Source: Candidatus Woesearchaeota archaeon (GTDB lineage: Archaea; Nanobdellota; Nanobdellia; Woesearchaeales; UBA10216). Taken from it: 64,000 nucleotides of DNA. The notes below the pieces were generated by a model. It made no database searches. It was not told the DNA's origin and was given only the letters and a program-made list of their open reading frames with translations. The position numbers and the translations under genes are program-made. The first letter of the stretch is position 1, and every line of letters starts with the position of its first letter. Shown in pieces: positions 58,862 to 64,000 of this stretch. The stretch lies in assembly GCA_016192905.1 (NCBI GenBank), contig JACPTG010000004.1:5745-69744 (forward strand), written 5' to 3'.

Positions 58862-61429
58862 ATGTATGAGATAATGATTGGCCGGAACGAGGCTGACAAG
58901 CGGAGATTCGGGGACAAGGGCGCGTTTCTCCTTGCGCGGCATTATGTGAAGATGGGCCAGACAACCTCCCTCTCGGCCAACATCCACATGGATGCGCTCA
59001 GGCCGCACGTCGTATTTGTAGTGGGCAAACGCGGAAGCGGGAAATGCGTAACAGGAGACACTCTGGTACCCCTGTCAGATGGCCGCATTGTTCAGGTAAA
59101 AGACTTGGAAAATGATACTGGCCAGGTTTTGGCGCTCAATAGCGAGCTCAAGATGACTGCTGCCGGCAAATCAGCTTTTTTCAGGCGAACTGTTAATAAA
59201 ATCCTTAAGGTGATTCTTAAGAGCGGCAAGGAAATAAAATTGACTCCTGAACACCCGTTGCTGACTATCAGCGGCTGGCAGAAGGCTTCTGACCTTTCAG
59301 GAGGCAGCAGGATTGCTACCCCTCGCAGGCTCGATAATTTTGGGAACAAGCCTGTGCCTGAAAGTGAGGTTAAACTGCTGGCCTATTTGATAGCTGAAGG
59401 CCATCTTAAGCAAGGTGTTTTGTTTGCCAACATGGATGACAAAATAATTGCAGAGTTTAAGGAAGCCCTGCATGAGTTCGATCCCTTCTGTGAGCTTGTT
59501 AAATTAAAGGAGGGGGATTATCGGGTTTATACCCGGGGCAGGGTTTCAGGCAAGACAAGAATAAGGGAGTTTCTTGAATTGCACGGTCTCAAGGGAAAGT
59601 TGTCAGGCGACAAGTTCATCCCCGAGAAAATAATGCAGCTTCCCAGGAAATTGCTGGCGGTCTTCCTGAACAGGCTATTTACCTGTGACGGAAGTATTTA
59701 CAAGTCAAGAAAGGGCAAAAGGGTCATGTGGCAGATTTCGTACTCCTCCAAGTCTGAGAGGCTGATAAGGGAGGTCCAGCATCTTCTGTTAAGGTTTGAT
59801 GTCGTCGCCCGTTTACGAAATAAGATAACAAGGATTAATGACAAGGAAATCCCTTCCTTTGAGTTGGTCTTTGATGGTGAAAACCTGCTTAACTTCTGCG
59901 AGCAGATTGGCTTTATCAGCCACAAGGCTGTAAGGGAGGAGATAGCTATTGAGGAGACAGTTGTGGTAAAGCGGAATCCTAATGTAGATACAGTGCCTAA
60001 AGGCATTTGGAATTTATACAGGCCTGAAAGCTGGGCGCAGGTTGGAAGGGAAATGGGTTACAAGCATCCCAAGAGCTTAAGGGAAAGCGTAAGATACTCG
60101 CCTGGCAGGGCAAAGTTACTGCAGATTGCCTCTGTGGTGAAAGATGATTATCTGTACAAGCTTGCAACATCAGACATCTTCTGGGATGAAATCCGCTCTA
60201 TTGAGGAAATTTCAGGGTCTTTTGAGGTTTTTGATTTGAGTGTCCCAGAATATCATAATTTTGTGGCTAATGATATTATTGTTCACAACAGCTACACATC
60301 AGGCGCCATGGCTGAAAGCATGATGCTGCTCCCCCCTGAGGTTACGGAAAACCTGTCAATAATAATGCTTGACACAATGGGGATTTTCTGGACAATGAAG
60401 TACGAGAACAGGGAGGATGCAGCCCTCCTGAAGCAGTGGCACATCGGCTACCAGCCGCTTAACATCCAGATTTACACCCCTGCAGGCTTCTATCCCTCCT
60501 ACAAGGAGAAGGGAATAAGCGACTTCCCATTTTCCATAAGGACCTCCGAGCTTTCTGTAAACGACTGGCTGATGACATTCGGCCTTGGAATGAACGACCC
60601 TGTTTCAATAGTGATTTCAAGGGCGGTAAGCGCGCTGCAGGAAAAAGGGAGTGATTACTCCGTAAAGGAAATTATAGGCGCTGTCAATGCCGATGCAAGG
60701 GCAGGCAAGAATGAGCGGGAAGCAGCCGAGAACCTTTTTGGAGGGGCTGACAAGTGGGGGCTGTTTGACGAGAAAGGGACGAAATTCGGTGACCTCGTGT
60801 CCGGAGGCCAGATTACCATACTGGATGTCAGCTGCTATGCCTCGCTCACAGGGGTTGAAAGCATCAGGTCCCTGGTCATAGGGCTTGTCTCAAAGAAGCT
60901 GTTTGAGGAGCGAATGTCTGTCCGCAAATTTGAGGAGCTTGCAATGATAAAGTCAAAGCTCACCCTGGAATCGCAGAGGGCTGAAAAGAGAAAGCTGCCC
61001 CTCATCTGGATAATGGTGGATGAAGCGCATGAGTTCCTCCCGTTCCAGGGGCACACCGCAGCAACAGACGCGCTGCTCACGCTCCTCAGGGAGGGAAGGC
61101 AGCCGGGAATAAGCCTCGTGCTGGCAACCCAGCAGCCGGGAAAGATACACACAGACGTAATGACTCAATCAGACATTATCATCGCCCACAGGCTCACCTC
61201 CAAGATAGACATAGACTCGCTCGGCCTCCTCATGCAGAGCTACATGAGGGAGAACGTTGACAAACTGCTGGCAGAGCTTCCTGACGTCAAGGGCGCTGCC
61301 CTGATTTTTGATGACACAAACGAAAGGATGTACAATTCGCAGATAAGGCCGAAGATGACCTGGCACGGCGGCTCCAGCCCGATTGCCCTAAGCGAAAGGA
61401 AAGAGCTCTGGAGCAGCATCAAGATTTAG
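58862..61429 (+). CDS. HerA/FtsK-superfamily (DUF87-like) P-loop ATPase, interrupted by an intein
   Basis: The ATG at 58862 gives MYEIMIGRNE... The Walker A motif GKRGSGK|S is split by the intein. The C-extein begins SYTSGAMAE and carries LIWIMVDEAHEF (Walker B) and LATQQPG. The track start at 58652 (GTG) lies inside repeat copy F. Confidence 0.85.
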   Translation: MYEIMIGRNEADKRRFGDKGAFLLARHYVKMGQTTSLSANIHMDALRPHVVFVVGKRGSGKCVTGDTLVPLSDGRIVQVKDLENDTGQVLALNSELKMTAAGKSAFFRRTVNKILKVILKSGKEIKLTPEHPLLTISGWQKASDLSGGSRIATPRRLDNFGNKPVPESEVKLLAYLIAEGHLKQGVLFANMDDKIIAEFKEALHEFDPFCELVKLKEGDYRVYTRGRVSGKTRIREFLELHGLKGKLSGDKFIPEKIMQLPRKLLAVFLNRLFTCDGSIYKSRKGKRVMWQISYSSKSERLIREVQHLLLRFDVVARLRNKITRINDKEIPSFELVFDGENLLNFCEQIGFISHKAVREEIAIEETVVVKRNPNVDTVPKGIWNLYRPESWAQVGREMGYKHPKSLRESVRYSPGRAKLLQIASVVKDDYLYKLATSDIFWDEIRSIEEISGSFEVFDLSVPEYHNFVANDIIVHNSYTSGAMAESMMLLPPEVTENLSIIMLDTMGIFWTMKYENREDAALLKQWHIGYQPLNIQIYTPAGFYPSYKEKGISDFPFSIRTSELSVNDWLMTFGLGMNDPVSIVISRAVSALQEKGSDYSVKEIIGAVNADARAGKNEREAAENLFGGADKWGLFDEKGTKFGDLVSGGQITILDVSCYASLTGVESIRSLVIGLVSKKLFEERMSVRKFEELAMIKSKLTLESQRAEKRKLPLIWIMVDEAHEFLPFQGHTAATDALLTLLREGRQPGISLVLATQQPGKIHTDVMTQSDIIIAHRLTSKIDIDSLGLLMQSYMRENVDKLLAELPDVKGAALIFDDTNERMYNSQIRPKMTWHGGSSPIALSERKELWSSIKI
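59045..60289 (+). mobile_element. Intein (415 aa) with LAGLIDADG homing-endonuclease domain
   Basis: It starts with Cys (CVTGDTLVPLSDGRIV) and ends IIVHN, followed by Ser +1. The two LAGLIDADG-like blocks are LLAYLIAEGHL and FLNRLFTCDGSI. Confidence 0.9.
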
Positions 61430-61432
61430 GGG

Positions 61433-63616
61433 CTACTTGACAGGGTTTTTCAGCTTTTCAATATTCCTGCACTTGGGAAAGCGGTTGCAGGCGAGGAATC
61501 CCCCATAGATGCTTGTCCTCAGCACCATAGTCCCTTCACTGCACTTCTGGCACGGCTTCTCCTTAACATCAGCCGGAGTGTTTTTTGACGGGCATAAAGG
61601 ATTAATGCACAGCGGCTGGGGCTGCTTGCCCCTTCTTATCATTAGCACAATTGGATGACTGCACTCCTTGCATGTGTCCTGGGTGGGCTTAAGCAGCCCG
61701 GTGGACGGTATTTTGAATGTTGCGCTACACTCAGGATAGCGGCTGCATGCAATGAACCTTCCAAATTTCCCCCTCTTGATCATAAGAGTGCCCTGACTGC
61801 AGGCTATGCACTGGCCGACGGTGTTTGCCTTCTCCTCTGATTCCCTTGTTGCCGTTATAAGCTCTTCCCCGACTTCCTTTTGTTTCTTCCTGAATTCCTC
61901 CAGAGTTTTCTCCAGAACTTTCTTTGCCTTTTCAAGCACTACTTCGCCTGTTTTCTGCTTTGCCTGGATTTCCTCCATTTCCAGCTCAAAATGCCGCGTC
62001 AATTCTTCGTCGATTATTTCCGGGCAATATTTTCCAAGCGTAGTCACTGTCTGAATCCCAAGGTCTGTCGCCTCCAATGCCTGCCCCTGGATGTAGCCTC
62101 TCTTATAGAGGGTTTCTATTATTTCGCTCCTCGTGGCCTTCGTGCCGAGATTCTTCTTTTCCAACTCCCTGATTATTGAGGCAGGCGTATACCTCTTCGG
62201 CGGCTGGGTTTCCCGGTCATGCATATCAATTCCCTTGTTCCTGATGTGATCTCCTTTGCTTATTTTAGGGAGTTCCTCCTCTTTCATTTTGGCATATTGC
62301 CCATAGAACAGGTGCCAGCCTTTTTCCAGCGTGGTTGTTCCTTTTGCAACGAACATTTCCCCATTAACATCAATCTTCAATGTGACTGTCTGCCGTGTTG
62401 CAGGCTCTGCAAATGTTGCAAGGAACCTTCTGACAATCAAATCATACGCTCTTCTCTTCTGCCCGTCCAGACCCTTCGGAGGAATCCCTGTCGGGAATAT
62501 GGCGGGATGCGCAGGGTCGGTTTTCTTCCCGTTGTTCGGCTGGAGCTTTCCCTTCAGCAATTCGCTGCAAAGTTCAGAATATTCCTTCTGCTTGGACAGG
62601 TTCTTGAGTATTCCGCTGTACCCAATGCCTGGCGGCAGCTGCTGCGAGGATGTTCGCGGGTATGAGATGTATCCGCTGGTGTAAAGGTCCTGCGCTATTT
62701 CAAGCGTTCTGCTAGGGTTTATCCTCAGGCATCTGTATGCTTCGGTCTGCAAGGTTGTAAGGTCGAATGGGCTTGGAGGAGCCTGCTTGAATTCTGATTT
62801 CTCAGCTTCTGCAACAGCTCCATCCTTTCCTTTCGTCCTATCCAAAACCCCCTCTGCTTCCTCTTTCTTCCAGAACTTGTCTTTTTCATGCCAGGCTATG
62901 AATTCGCCCCCATGGCTTTGCGCTTTGAGTTCAAGCATCCAGAAGGGCTCTGGCCTGAATGCCCTGATTTCCTTTTCCCTGTCCACAATTATCTTCAGGG
63001 CAGGCCCCTGGACCCTTCCTGCGCTAAGTATCTTGAAAAAGCCTGCTTCTTTTACTGCCGATGTGAGGGCTCTCGACAGGTTTATTCCGTAGAACCAGTC
63101 GAGCTCATGCCTTGTCAAGCCTGCGTTTGCCTGCCCCCAGTCAAGATGGCTGCTTGCATGCTCATATGCGCTTACTAGCTCATCCTTTGTAAGCGTTGAG
63201 AATTTCATCCTCCTTGCATCCTTCTGCCCGCATATGAACCTTATAATGTTGAGCCCTATAGTCTCGCCCTCCACATCATAATCTGTGGCGACTGTGAATG
63301 AGTCTGCATGCCTGCTCAGCTCCTTGAGAGTGTTCAGGTATTTTATTGAGAAGGCCGCTGACCTGTCTATCTCTGATATCGGCTTCCACTCAATATCAAA
63401 TACAGGATATGTCCATCCTTTCCTCTTCTTGTCCTTTTTCTCAGCAAGGCCATAAAGATGGCCGACAGCGCATCCAACAATTATCTTTCGGCTCTTATGC
63501 TTAAGCTCATAATAAGGGACTCCAGCATTGCTTTTCTTGACAGGCTTTTCGTCTGCCAAGGCGCCAGCTATCATCTGCGCTGCCTTTGGCTTTTCTGTGA
63601 TGACCAGCTCAACCAT
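61433..63616 (-). CDS. topA: Type IA DNA topoisomerase with C-terminal zinc fingers
   Basis: TOPRIM N-terminus (VELVITEKPKAA...DYDVEGE), active-site GYISYPRTSS, and three to four C-terminal CxxC...C zinc-ribbon units. Confidence 0.9.
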   Translation of the reverse strand: MVELVITEKPKAAQMIAGALADEKPVKKSNAGVPYYELKHKSRKIIVGCAVGHLYGLAEKKDKKRKGWTYPVFDIEWKPISEIDRSAAFSIKYLNTLKELSRHADSFTVATDYDVEGETIGLNIIRFICGQKDARRMKFSTLTKDELVSAYEHASSHLDWGQANAGLTRHELDWFYGINLSRALTSAVKEAGFFKILSAGRVQGPALKIIVDREKEIRAFRPEPFWMLELKAQSHGGEFIAWHEKDKFWKKEEAEGVLDRTKGKDGAVAEAEKSEFKQAPPSPFDLTTLQTEAYRCLRINPSRTLEIAQDLYTSGYISYPRTSSQQLPPGIGYSGILKNLSKQKEYSELCSELLKGKLQPNNGKKTDPAHPAIFPTGIPPKGLDGQKRRAYDLIVRRFLATFAEPATRQTVTLKIDVNGEMFVAKGTTTLEKGWHLFYGQYAKMKEEELPKISKGDHIRNKGIDMHDRETQPPKRYTPASIIRELEKKNLGTKATRSEIIETLYKRGYIQGQALEATDLGIQTVTTLGKYCPEIIDEELTRHFELEMEEIQAKQKTGEVVLEKAKKVLEKTLEEFRKKQKEVGEELITATRESEEKANTVGQCIACSQGTLMIKRGKFGRFIACSRYPECSATFKIPSTGLLKPTQDTCKECSHPIVLMIRRGKQPQPLCINPLCPSKNTPADVKEKPCQKCSEGTMVLRTSIYGGFLACNRFPKCRNIEKLKNPVK

Positions 63617-63676
63617 TTCCGGTGCAGAATCCCGGCGGTTATATAAAACTTTGTTGAGCTATTTGCATTCAAAACC

Positions 63677-63686
63677 TTTAAAAAAA
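63677..63686 (+). promoter_or_regulatory. TATA-like box upstream of SRP RNA
   Basis: tttaaaaaaa is centred about 24 nt upstream of the proposed RNA 5' end at 63705. Confidence 0.4.
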
Positions 63687-63704
63687 GCCAGATATTCGCC
63701 TTTA

Positions 63705-63976
63705 CGGCAAGCTAGGCTGGCGCGTTAGCCCTGCGCTGTTACCATAAATGGGCTTCATGATGGGGCTGAAGCGGGATGAGGCTTCGTCCTGCGGCTTTGG
63801 TCCTGGTCACTACTGTGAGGCTCTGTCCTGTCGGGCAGTCATCTTTGAAAACCACGTCAGGTCCGGAAGGAAGCAGCGTTAATTGATTTTGGCTGTGCTC
63901 TCAGGGAGCGGAGCTGAGGAACAGCCAGGGGAAACCCTAACCGTATGACGCTGCCGATTCCCTGCGGCTTGCCGCT
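63705..63976 (+). ncRNA. ffs: Signal recognition particle RNA (7S/SRP RNA)
   Basis: It contains gtcaggtccggaaggaagcagc, the universally conserved SRP domain IV 5'-side motif. The 5' ggcaagc (63706-63712) can pair with the 3' gcttgcc (63968-63974). A ttttc run follows. No ORF covers the region. Confidence 0.85.
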
Positions 63977-64000
63977 TTTCCCCAAAAGTTTTATATAAGA

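Noticed and set aside
1-64000. CRISPR arrays, tRNA genes and rRNA genes
   Set aside because: No regularly spaced direct repeats with unique spacers were seen. The repetitive signals are protein-coding Cys modules or dispersed MITE-like copies. No cloverleaf-like GTTCGAATC/GGTTCAAATCC T-arm strings were seen in intergenic spacers, and no rRNA-like segments.

Overview
Archaeal chromosome segment. The archaeal call rests on archaeal-type RFC small subunit, FEN1, Hjc, EndA, PAN, Pelota, archaeal/eukaryal-type TyrRS and an SRP RNA, plus TATA-like boxes about 25 nt upstream of many ATGs and frequent 4-nt ATGA gene overlaps. A DPANN-like small-genome lineage is only a guess. The left 26 kb (1-25900, all minus strand) is an accessory surface-protein super-locus. 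It holds four giant secreted mosaic proteins interleaved with small membrane-anchored paralogs. One giant (2,934 codons visible) is missing from the supplied ORF track because it runs off the left edge. These giants combine a shared Cys-rich head domain and many six-Cys 'DxDCGGxC' modules. They also carry an unrecognised ~75-80 aa 'VQSFVHxDGxRAWNRxC' repeat nested inside a CBM-like beta-sandwich, Ig/Fn3-like domains and, in two proteins, an HExxH...DEY (M64-like) metalloprotease domain. The rest of the window is mostly housekeeping: hjc, RNase Z, endA, fen, PAN, tldD/pmbA, M24 peptidase, tyrS, mscS, rfcS, UbiA prenyltransferase and polyprenyl synthase, pelota, gatCA, translin-like, topoisomerase IA and SRP RNA. 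Four accessory items sit among these genes. (1) A five-gene envelope operon (47688-53445) encodes three paralogous lipobox proteins, a polytopic membrane protein and a pilin-like protein. (2) An AT-rich four-gene island (54549-55736) encodes a minimal caspase-fold-like protein and an unlisted AbrB/DUF2080-like micro-ORF. (3) A 415-aa LAGLIDADG intein splits the Walker A motif of a HerA/DUF87-like ATPase. (4) A MITE-like intergenic repeat family occurs six times. No tRNA, rRNA or CRISPR array was seen. All family assignments come from motif recognition by eye and hand translation. No database search, HMM or folding was run.
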